A DNA stretch of 64,000 nt. Origin: a plasmid. The translations under genes were made by a program, and so were the position numbers. A model generated the notes under the pieces. It worked only from the letters and a program-made list of their open reading frames with translations. It made no database searches and was not told where the DNA came from. Positions 49,897 to 57,314 of this stretch are shown here, one piece after another. Every line of letters begins with the position of its first letter. Within the stretch, counting starts at the first letter, position 1. The stretch lies in the sequence record CP132210.1. One strand, 5' to 3'.

Positions 49897-50010
49897 TCTC
49901 CTTACTCATGGTGAAGCCATCAGTAAGCAGATTTTGTCCTCTCTGAGGGCGAAAACGTGCGATAGCTGGTCGCCAAAAACAAACAGCAAATTAACGTTAA
50001 AAATCTCGGC
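49897..50010 (+). promoter_or_regulatory. Conserved operon-head regulatory repeat, copy H (long form)
   Basis: CATGGTGAAGCCATCAGTAAGCAGATTTTGTCCTCTCTGAGGGCGAAAACGTGCGATAGCTGGTCGCCAAAAACAAACAGCAAATTAACGTTAA, identical to 27563-27655. Confidence 0.55.
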
Positions 50011-50093
50011 TTTGGCCGTGATCTTTCAATAACCCATGCGGGTACACCTCCCCGCACGGGCTAGGTGTACCCATTAACTTTGGAGTACACCTC

Positions 50094-50480
50094 ATGAACC
50101 AAGTAGCTAAATTGGACCTCGCCCAAATCCGTCAACAAGCCATCAATGATGGACTGCTGGTGGACCAATCCTCCATCGGCACACAAGCTGGTTTCCTGAC
50201 CAATGTGGCAGTGACCCCAGCCATTGTCGATGGAGTATTTGGTGCGGATGGTAAGCACTCGGCAGAAGACTTCCTTCTCATGTTTTTGCAGCTTTGTGTT
50301 GCCCAAACAAAGGTCGCTTTTACCGACAACAAGAACTGGGGAAAGATTCGCCTCTATTACCCCATGCCCACTGTAAATGGCTTTTTCAAACCCACTGAGG
50401 TTGTGATTAAGTCAGACCCTGTAACCGCAGATGTCACAATCATGATGGCCTCAGAAGAGGGCACCCATTTGTGTTTGTGA
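50094..50480 (+). CDS. Hypothetical protein
   Basis: 128 aa; AGGTGTACCC / GAGTACACCT SD hairpin upstream. Confidence 0.45.
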   Translation: MNQVAKLDLAQIRQQAINDGLLVDQSSIGTQAGFLTNVAVTPAIVDGVFGADGKHSAEDFLLMFLQLCVAQTKVAFTDNKNWGKIRLYYPMPTVNGFFKPTEVVIKSDPVTADVTIMMASEEGTHLCL

Positions 50481-50657
50481 TGTTCACAAAATTCGCCTCC
50501 GTCTCGGGGGCGATCTTTTTAAACCCCTCGCCGGGGAGTTCTCCCCGGCTGGGGAGCCTCCTTGGCACATCCTCCCGGTGTCGGGGTTTCCTTAAAACCC
50601 TGGCGACGGGGGTTTAAGGAAGCCTCGATGCTGGGGTTCACGCTAAGGAGAAAACCT

Positions 50658-52385
50658 ATGTCTTACTACAAAGCTGACACCGTTCGTGAAGCTGCAAACG
50701 GAAACTGGCTATTCATCCTGGCGGCTCTAGCGCCCCATCTTGAACCAGCTCTCCGTAAACCAGGTCGTCATGTTTCTTGCCCTATCCACGGTGGGAAAGA
50801 TGGCTTCCGCCTGTTCAAGGATGCCCACCTGACTGGTGGCGGCGTATGCAATACATGCGGTGCTAATCATGACGGTTTTGAGTTGCTGATGTGGCTCAAT
50901 AATTGGGACTTTAAGCAGTGTCTGAGCGAGGTTGGTGATTATCTGGGAGTTGAGAAAGAGCAACCCCAGTGTCAACAAGCCGCTGCACCGACACGAGCTC
51001 CTGCACAGGCCAAAGCGCCTGTTCAGCAAGGGCCCATGAAGGTGAATAACAAGGTCCTCGATTCCAAGAATCGCAAAAAATCCATTGCCGGTACTCTGAT
51101 TGCCCACGGTAAAGCTCCCTATGAGCATAACGAAGACAATGAGCTCAGCTACTTTGCCTTCATCCGTGACAGGAGCGGTTTGGAACGCACCATTTGGGGC
51201 GTGGATCTTGAAAGAGCCATCGGTGAAAGCGAAGCCAAGTATGGTGATGAGGTCGTCATGACAAACCTCGGGCGCGAGCCTGTAACTGTCGTCGTTGAAG
51301 TTAAGGACGATCAGGGGAATGTTGTGAGAGAACAACCTATGCAAACGCATCGCAACACCTGGCTGGTGGAACGTCGTGGCGCTTCGGTGACGCAGTTCCG
51401 CGCACGCTCAAACGGTGGTGTTGAGTCGGTGAGTCACCATGTTGAGTTGCCCCCTGTGGTCAACCGCACGGTAGAAGCTCCGGCACCGCAAGCACAAGCT
51501 TCGGCCATACAACTGGAAGGGCAAAGCAGCGAAAACAAGCCGAAAGTTGTTCCAATGTTTCGTGAACAACCCAAGCCTTGGTTGCTTGAGCTCCAAGAGG
51601 AAATGGAGAAGAGAATGGAGCGTGAACGCGCTTACAGCGCTCGCCTCCGTGAGAAAATTGAGAAGGTATGGAACGAGTGTTTGCCGTTCTCTAGTCGTGT
51701 GACTGAACCAATGCGTCTGTATTTCAAAAACCGCGAGCTGCTGTTCAACGTTGATGAAGTAGAAAAAACAGACTGTTTGCGGTTCAATCCGGCTATGCCC
51801 TACTACGACGAAGATGGCAATGAAGTTGGGAAATTCCCGGCTATCGTCTGCGCTATCCGAGATGTGGAAGGCAACCTGGTAACGCTCCACCGCACCTATC
51901 TCACCCAAAACGGTAAAAAAGCCAAGGTTGGCAACGCCAAGAAAATGATGCCCATTCCTGACGGCTTGGATGTTAATGGCGCGGCCATCCGCCTCGGTGA
52001 ACCGAGTGAGGGTATCCTGGGTGTTGCAGAAGGGCTGGAAACGGCTCTGTCCGCTTATCGAGTCACTCAAATTCCGGTTTGGTCAACGGTCAATGCGACC
52101 CTGATGGAGTCCTTCGAGGTTCCAGAAGGTGTTCACACAGTATTGATCTGGGCTGACAAAGATAAGTCTGTGACTGGTGAAAAGTCAGCTAACGTGCTGA
52201 AAGCCAAGCTGGAGAAGCGCGGCATTCGTGTTTACGTCCTGCTGCCTAAACTCCCAATCCCACCCAGAGCGAAAGGGATTGACTGGAACGATGTCCTGAT
52301 GAGTCAGGGAAGCCTCGGTTTCCCAAATGCTCGCTACCTGCGCGATTTTATTGCGAGAAGGAGAGCTGAGTATGCCCGTCATTGA
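50658..52385 (+). CDS. DNA primase (zinc-binding domain plus Toprim)
   Basis: Start ATG 50658 in ORF 50562..52385; N-terminal CPIHGGKDGFRLF...CNTCG zinc finger; C-terminal Toprim-like EGLETA ... WADKDKSVTGE. Confidence 0.7.
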   Translation: MSYYKADTVREAANGNWLFILAALAPHLEPALRKPGRHVSCPIHGGKDGFRLFKDAHLTGGGVCNTCGANHDGFELLMWLNNWDFKQCLSEVGDYLGVEKEQPQCQQAAAPTRAPAQAKAPVQQGPMKVNNKVLDSKNRKKSIAGTLIAHGKAPYEHNEDNELSYFAFIRDRSGLERTIWGVDLERAIGESEAKYGDEVVMTNLGREPVTVVVEVKDDQGNVVREQPMQTHRNTWLVERRGASVTQFRARSNGGVESVSHHVELPPVVNRTVEAPAPQAQASAIQLEGQSSENKPKVVPMFREQPKPWLLELQEEMEKRMERERAYSARLREKIEKVWNECLPFSSRVTEPMRLYFKNRELLFNVDEVEKTDCLRFNPAMPYYDEDGNEVGKFPAIVCAIRDVEGNLVTLHRTYLTQNGKKAKVGNAKKMMPIPDGLDVNGAAIRLGEPSEGILGVAEGLETALSAYRVTQIPVWSTVNATLMESFEVPEGVHTVLIWADKDKSVTGEKSANVLKAKLEKRGIRVYVLLPKLPIPPRAKGIDWNDVLMSQGSLGFPNARYLRDFIARRRAEYARH

Positions 52386-52650
52386 TGTCACGAAGGTTGA
52401 TACGACGCCTGGTAACGACGCAGTATGCCCCTTCTCTCCCCCTGAGGGGTGGGGGGGGGACTCTGCGGCCTATGTTGAGCTTATGCGGTCTCGGTATCGC
52501 CATCTGATGCACGGCCAGAGAATGATGGTGACAGCCTCCTTCGCAAGAAGGGAGCCTATCCAAGTTACCGGTCCGTTCGCTGATGAGGCGATGAAGATCA
52601 TTAGCTCAATGAAGATGAACAAGGCGAAGCCTACAGCTTTGTCTGTCTAA
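52372..52650 (+). CDS. Hypothetical protein
   Basis: Internal ATG 52372 of ORF 52327..52650 with GAAGGAGAG RBS; overlaps primase end. Confidence 0.4.
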   Translation: MPVIDVTKVDTTPGNDAVCPFSPPEGWGGDSAAYVELMRSRYRHLMHGQRMMVTASFARREPIQVTGPFADEAMKIISSMKMNKAKPTALSV

Positions 52651-52722
52651 AACCTTAACCCGGAGGGGGTGTTCATGCCCTCTCGGGCATGATTCGCCTC
52701 CTCTTCAACTATGGAGGTAATC

Positions 52723-52962
52723 ATGAAAAAGTTTTTGCGTATTAAGACGTGGTTTGTGCGCCTGTTCTCTCCTGACAAGAAGACGCTGGGAGCTATCGGT
52801 GAAGACCTGCGCAAGGTCGCCGTAACAGCTATCGGTGTTGGTATTGTAGGATTGGCTGTATCTGGGGACACCATAACCGTCGAAGAAGCCGGTTTGGTGT
52901 TGGTCATTGGGGTTATCCTGTGGATCTATGGTATAATCTTAACCAAGGTCAGCAATTCCTAA
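52723..52962 (+). CDS. Small membrane protein
   Basis: 79 aa with TM helices; GGAGG RBS. Confidence 0.45.
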   Translation: MKKFLRIKTWFVRLFSPDKKTLGAIGEDLRKVAVTAIGVGIVGLAVSGDTITVEEAGLVLVIGVILWIYGIILTKVSNS

Positions 52963-52971
52963 GGGGGTCGA

Positions 52972-53088
52972 ATGAACGCATTCACATTAGGCATGTTGGG
53001 GTTGCTCATATTTTTCACTGCCGTCACTGGCGGTAGCCTGTATCTCTACCATGAGAGACAGAAAGAAAAAAAGCATCACAACGCCTGA
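52972..53088 (+). CDS. Possible 38-aa membrane peptide
   Basis: AAGGGGG RBS; MNAFTLGMLGLLIFFTAVTGGSLYLYHERQKEKKHHNA; followed by strong terminator. Confidence 0.3.
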   Translation: MNAFTLGMLGLLIFFTAVTGGSLYLYHERQKEKKHHNA

Positions 53089-53110
53089 GTCATAATCGCG
53101 AACATGAAAC

Positions 53111-53140
53111 AAAGGGCCAGCAATAGCTGGCCCTTTTTTT
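53111..53140 (+). terminator. Rho-independent terminator
   Basis: AAAGGGCCAGC-AATA-GCTGGCCCTTT then TTTTTTT. Confidence 0.85.
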
Positions 53141-53212
53141 ATGCCTGGCGTTTATGTTTTTTGGTGGGTAGGTAAGTTCCTCAGCAGCGACCAGCAGGTC
53201 ATGTTGGATAAA

Positions 53213-53277
53213 AATAAAGTGCCACCCCTGAAAATAGAGTTTCATTCTTCAAAATAAAGTTTCATCCTAACTTTAGT
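53213..53277 (+). repeat. Three tandem AAAATARAGT direct repeats in AT-rich leader
   Basis: AAAATAAAGTGCC / AAAATAGAGTTTCATTC / AAAATAAAGTTTCATCC spaced about 20 bp. Confidence 0.5.
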
Positions 53278-53354
53278 GGGATTCGTGGCTTGTATTCAGG
53301 TGTAGATCTGCCAAACAATAGCAACGAACGAATCTACCCTAGAAGGACAACGGA

Positions 53355-53966
53355 ATGAGTTTTGCTAGCTTAATGAGAGACAAGGTTAACGTGTTGAAAG
53401 CTGATGGCACCAAACACGAGGGGATCAAGTGTTCAGTGTCAGGTAGTGACACCATCATGATTATGAGCCCTACGTTTGCTGTTGATCATGATGACCTGGT
53501 TGTGAGAACAACCAGCCTTGGCCAAGATGAAACCTATAAAGTTATTGATCCTAAGTTCAGTGAAGGGAGCGGCAGTGGCGCTATTCCTCCACACTACAAG
53601 TTGAAGGTCAAAAAGCTAGGTATCCCAGAAGCCAAAGCAGCCGTCCAGAGCATCACCTATAACTTCAATGGCCACAACGCTCGGGTCAATAACAGCAGCG
53701 TAGACAACTCCGTGAACACTGTGCAGATAGACAACCGTGCGCAGACCTATATCAATGAGCTACGCGAGGTATTGAAGACTGCTCCGTTGAGCGATTCTGA
53801 ACGTGAAGAGGCTCTTGAAGTAGCTGATGCGATAGAGGCTCAATTTGAATCTGGAAAGCCCAAGAAAAGTGTTATAGGTGCATTGCTAGCTGGTCTCCCG
53901 TCCATTGAATCTGTTTTGTCTATCGCTGCAAGTATCGCTGAACTTGTGCAACAACCCGTCGCTTGA
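53355..53966 (+). CDS. Hypothetical protein (AT-rich cargo)
   Basis: 203 aa; GAAGGA RBS; C-terminal amphipathic/hydrophobic segment. Confidence 0.5.
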   Translation: MSFASLMRDKVNVLKADGTKHEGIKCSVSGSDTIMIMSPTFAVDHDDLVVRTTSLGQDETYKVIDPKFSEGSGSGAIPPHYKLKVKKLGIPEAKAAVQSITYNFNGHNARVNNSSVDNSVNTVQIDNRAQTYINELREVLKTAPLSDSEREEALEVADAIEAQFESGKPKKSVIGALLAGLPSIESVLSIAASIAELVQQPVA

Positions 53967-54336
53967 TGAAAAATTGAGCAATAGGATGAAACTATATTTT
54001 CATCTGAATGGGATGAACGATACCATCGCTTCAATGTAAGGATGATAGTTTACACTCGAATGGGAACCCAAAGTCGCCACTATTGGCGGCTTTTGTCTAT
54101 ATGTGGGATGTAACTTTATTTCCATCCCACAGGTCAAGCTGGCGACGTCTATCCGGCAGAACCATTGGCGGGGGGGGAGGGGCGTTTGATCCGGGCCTAC
54201 CACCTATCAGGGGATGCTAAATAGACAGTCACCAAGGTTGCATTTTAAAATCCCGTGATAGCATCTAAATGAACCCTATCGAACAGGGGTGCTGGCGGCG
54301 ATGCCGACCACTATCCCAGCAACGGAGAAATTTGCC

Positions 54337-55062
54337 ATGATGATATTGACCACCGTCTCTAAAAAAACATCAAACAACTCAGCTCTTGTTTTTTGGCGCG
54401 TCGGCACAAAGCGAAAAGGCATCCTCGATGTTCATATTGATTTTGATCACGAGGAAGCTGACCTATTGGCTGAGCTCGTAGCCATTCGCTATCTGGCCTT
54501 GGATAAGCAGGTTTTTTGCCGCGAACCTGGTGCCGGTTCTGGTTACAAGCTGGTGGTGTCTAAAGGCGCAATCAAGAAGCTGGCGATGGGCAAATCCAGC
54601 AAGAAGTTTGCTTTCAAGTTTGCTTCTTGCCTCACCGGTCGTCTGAAAGGCGCAACCATTGAGGTCTCGCAGAGCATGGAGTTTATGGATGAGCCAGGGG
54701 AGGGTAATGTCGAGCTCCTCGATGTGGACAAGCAGGCCTATACCCAGACCCATGAGGAAATCTCTACACCGGCCATTGGCCCCGTCCTGGTTACTCAACA
54801 TGCTATCGATCAGTATCAGGCCCGGATAACCTCTGGAGACCCCAAAAAACCGTGGGCCTCACTGGTTGGCCGCCTCCAGCATCCGGAGCTACAGGTCCAG
54901 CCTTTTGACGAGAAGGTTGCTCGCCATAAAGCCAGAAAGTATGGCCGCGTCGATAACGTGGAAGTCTGGGGCCACCGCGATTCCAAGTTCAAGTACCTAA
55001 TGGTGATCAACGATGACAACAAGAAGCGCGTTCTCGTGACGGTGTTTGAGCGCAATGAATGA
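54337..55062 (+). CDS. Hypothetical protein (alternative start 54289)
   Basis: ORF 54289..55062; ATG 54337 has GGAG 10 nt upstream. Confidence 0.45.
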   Translation: MMILTTVSKKTSNNSALVFWRVGTKRKGILDVHIDFDHEEADLLAELVAIRYLALDKQVFCREPGAGSGYKLVVSKGAIKKLAMGKSSKKFAFKFASCLTGRLKGATIEVSQSMEFMDEPGEGNVELLDVDKQAYTQTHEEISTPAIGPVLVTQHAIDQYQARITSGDPKKPWASLVGRLQHPELQVQPFDEKVARHKARKYGRVDNVEVWGHRDSKFKYLMVINDDNKKRVLVTVFERNE

Positions 55063-55117
55063 TGTATTGACCTGGAGCGGGGATATTCACGATATATTTA
55101 AAAGGGAATCAAGGGAA

Positions 55118-55570
55118 ATGAAAAATAAGAAGTTGATAGCTTTGATAATATCCGCTGCCACATCATGCTCGTCAGTTTACGCAGCTACATTACCGGCCAA
55201 TGAGGTGGGCTCATATATACTTGCAATGAACACTATGTCACCGATCACTGCAAAGTACACCATCCAGTACAAGCAAGCAGTTGAGCAGAAATGCAATACG
55301 GTTCTTGGTGTTGAACAACTCAACTCGACGGCATTCACCAATGTTGTTCAGGCAATGGTGAGTAGTGAGACTGTCGATAGAATGGGGCTGGATGCTGCTG
55401 GTGGCTCTCTCCAAGATACTTTGTCTATGATCGGGAAAAACGTCACTTGTAGCGACCTGAACGCGCCATTTAAAGCTCTTCTGGATGATAAAGACTTCAC
55501 TAGCAAGCATCAGCACTTATCGAAGGTTTTGCATACATGGGATGATGTGGTTTCGCAAAGCAAACCATGA
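55118..55570 (+). CDS. Secreted protein, unknown function
   Basis: Start ATG 55118 (AAGGGA RBS) in ORF 55046..55570; signal peptide MKNKKLIALIISAATSCSSVYAAT. Confidence 0.45.
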   Translation: MKNKKLIALIISAATSCSSVYAATLPANEVGSYILAMNTMSPITAKYTIQYKQAVEQKCNTVLGVEQLNSTAFTNVVQAMVSSETVDRMGLDAAGGSLQDTLSMIGKNVTCSDLNAPFKALLDDKDFTSKHQHLSKVLHTWDDVVSQSKP

Positions 55571-55575
55571 ATAAT

Positions 55576-55604
55576 AAAAAGGAGCCTAACTGGCTCCTTT
55601 TTTA
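55576..55604. terminator. Bidirectional terminator
   Basis: AAAAAGGAGCC-TAACT-GGCTCCTTTTTT between convergent genes. Confidence 0.75.
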
Positions 55605-56188
55605 ATGGGGATAATATTGCTTTCATGGATGTTATTTTCACTCGGGATGTGTAACGTTGAAAATGGGGTTCCAAAAAGAGAGTGATCACACAGCTCCCCA
55701 TAATAAATAAGCGACAAGATTTCTTGTTCATTTATTTTACCCACCTTGGAGAGGTAGTTAATTATTGCTGTATCCAGCAAGTCGTGACACCCATTAAGCA
55801 AGTCCACGATACTGGCCGCAGCCTCATTTTCCTCTTCGTCATCTCGACCGGCCAATACCAATTCAAGCCAAGCCTCAAGGCTAGGATGTCCTTCGGCAAG
55901 CTGTATTTGACGGCACTCATTCTCGATCAACTTAGTGATTGCTTCGTTGAGGGTTCCGCCATAAGTCGGCATGTTTAGAACGACACCGAATCCGGGGATT
56001 TCTTTTTGGATTGGCTTTGCATCCTTGGGGGCTGATTTAAGCCATAGAAAAAACCAGATCCCGGAGCTTATGTCTTCTGGCTTGACCTGGTTGGCCGCAA
56101 GGAACTTGGAAACCTCGTTACAGATGATGCCATGTGGTGCGGCCATCTCGTAAATACCCGCCATCAGCTCTTCAAGGCTCTTATACAT
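55586..56188 (-). CDS. Hypothetical protein
   Basis: 200-aa ORF on minus strand; acidic patch DDEEENE. Confidence 0.5.
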   Translation of the reverse strand: MYKSLEELMAGIYEMAAPHGIICNEVSKFLAANQVKPEDISSGIWFFLWLKSAPKDAKPIQKEIPGFGVVLNMPTYGGTLNEAITKLIENECRQIQLAEGHPSLEAWLELVLAGRDDEEENEAAASIVDLLNGCHDLLDTAIINYLSKVGKINEQEILSLIYYGELCDHSLFGTPFSTLHIPSENNIHESNIIPIKKGAS

Positions 56189-56294
56189 ATTATTTCTCGC
56201 ACCCGCACATTATGTATTTCACTATCGCTGTTATGCCGACCCCTCGCAAGTATGTTCCAGCGCGACAATATACCAATTTGCTACAACACCCCAA

Positions 56295-56330
56295 ATTACC
56301 GTATTACGGTAATTATGATGATTACCGTAA
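56295..56330. promoter_or_regulatory. Operator-like site: palindrome ATTACCGTATTACGGTAAT plus third half-site ATTACCGTAA
   Basis: Lies in divergent promoter region between 55586..56188(-) and 56449..56730(+). Confidence 0.5.
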
Positions 56331-56448
56331 ATCTGGCGCGATCTCTGTGTGATTGCCTCTACTTATTAAAATGACGCTTTGAAAAAGTAGTGTTTTTGAA
56401 ATAGGATAGGTGGTAGCGAATACCCACTTTTTACGAGGAGCGCGATCA

Positions 56449-56730
56449 GTGATTTTTGATGTAAGAGCGACCTTCGAGATAGCACTCCAGACGGACACCA
56501 ACCTGATACTTATCGATCTGGATCAAGGAGCATCAGTTACGAGCGATGCTGATGCGGTGATCTCCTGGTTGGCCGCAAACCTCGAAGGTGGAATTGGAAA
56601 GCGTAAGGTTTACTACCGGGATACCGACGGACGCTTTGATGAGCTCAAGGTTAATGCCGGTGCATTCGTCGGTTTCGCACCTTGTAGCGAAGGCCAGCAG
56701 ACCGCCTTTTCTAAGATGCTAGGTCAGTAA
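56449..56730 (+). CDS. Hypothetical protein (GTG start)
   Basis: GAGGAG RBS 8 nt before GTG 56449 in ORF 56410..56730. Confidence 0.4.
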   Translation: MIFDVRATFEIALQTDTNLILIDLDQGASVTSDADAVISWLAANLEGGIGKRKVYYRDTDGRFDELKVNAGAFVGFAPCSEGQQTAFSKMLGQ

Positions 56731-56748
56731 CCCTGAGTGGAGAACTCG

Positions 56749-57312
56749 ATGCCAAACGAAAACAAATTGTGGGAGAGGCCCACGAAAAATGTCATCTTCA
56801 TCAGCCAGTCTGAGGCCGAAAGGCTGGAGCCAGTAGCCGGTGCGGCCATGATCTCCATAACTGATCCTGATAAGTCCCCTGCCACTCTCGGTCCGTGGGA
56901 GCTGCTGTACCGCGATAGCTTCTATGATGGCGGCTATTCTGAGAGCACTATCCACACGATGAAGGCTGCGTTCCGGATGAATTACGCCTCCTATATCGAC
57001 TCTTCTCAGGCTGAAAGGCTGTCCACCTTCCTGGATGGATTGGCTGGTAGTGGTATCGATCAGATCTTCGTTCATTGCTATTACGGCGAATCAAGAAGTG
57101 GCGCGATAGCGCTGTACCTCCAGAACAAACATGGATTCACCCCGAACAAGCCAATCACCAAGCCCAACCGAACAGTTTACGAGTTGCTGTGCAACCCAGC
57201 CAAGTTTGAACCGCTGATACAAAGCTACGAAACGCAAGATATAGAGGAGGATCCACCTCTCCACCTCAAAATATGGGATTTGCTTCTCGTTGCGGTGGGG
57301 CTTAGGAGGTAA
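56749..57312 (+). CDS. Dual-specificity/tyrosine phosphatase-like protein
   Basis: CX5R P-loop VHCYYGESRSGA; ATG 56749 after GGAG. Confidence 0.6.
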   Translation: MPNENKLWERPTKNVIFISQSEAERLEPVAGAAMISITDPDKSPATLGPWELLYRDSFYDGGYSESTIHTMKAAFRMNYASYIDSSQAERLSTFLDGLAGSGIDQIFVHCYYGESRSGAIALYLQNKHGFTPNKPITKPNRTVYELLCNPAKFEPLIQSYETQDIEEDPPLHLKIWDLLLVAVGLRR

Positions 57313-57314
57313 CT

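Noticed and set aside
26621-52722. Whether the palindromic elements between the unidirectional small genes are integron attC sites (gene-cassette array), given the tyrosine recombinase at 57315
   Set aside because: Elements lack the R''/R' RYYYAAC ... GTTRRRY core architecture. They are fixed relative to the start codon and pair with the SD. The recombinase is co-directional and 4.5 kb downstream rather than divergent with an attI/Pc. The elements are better explained as RNA structures.
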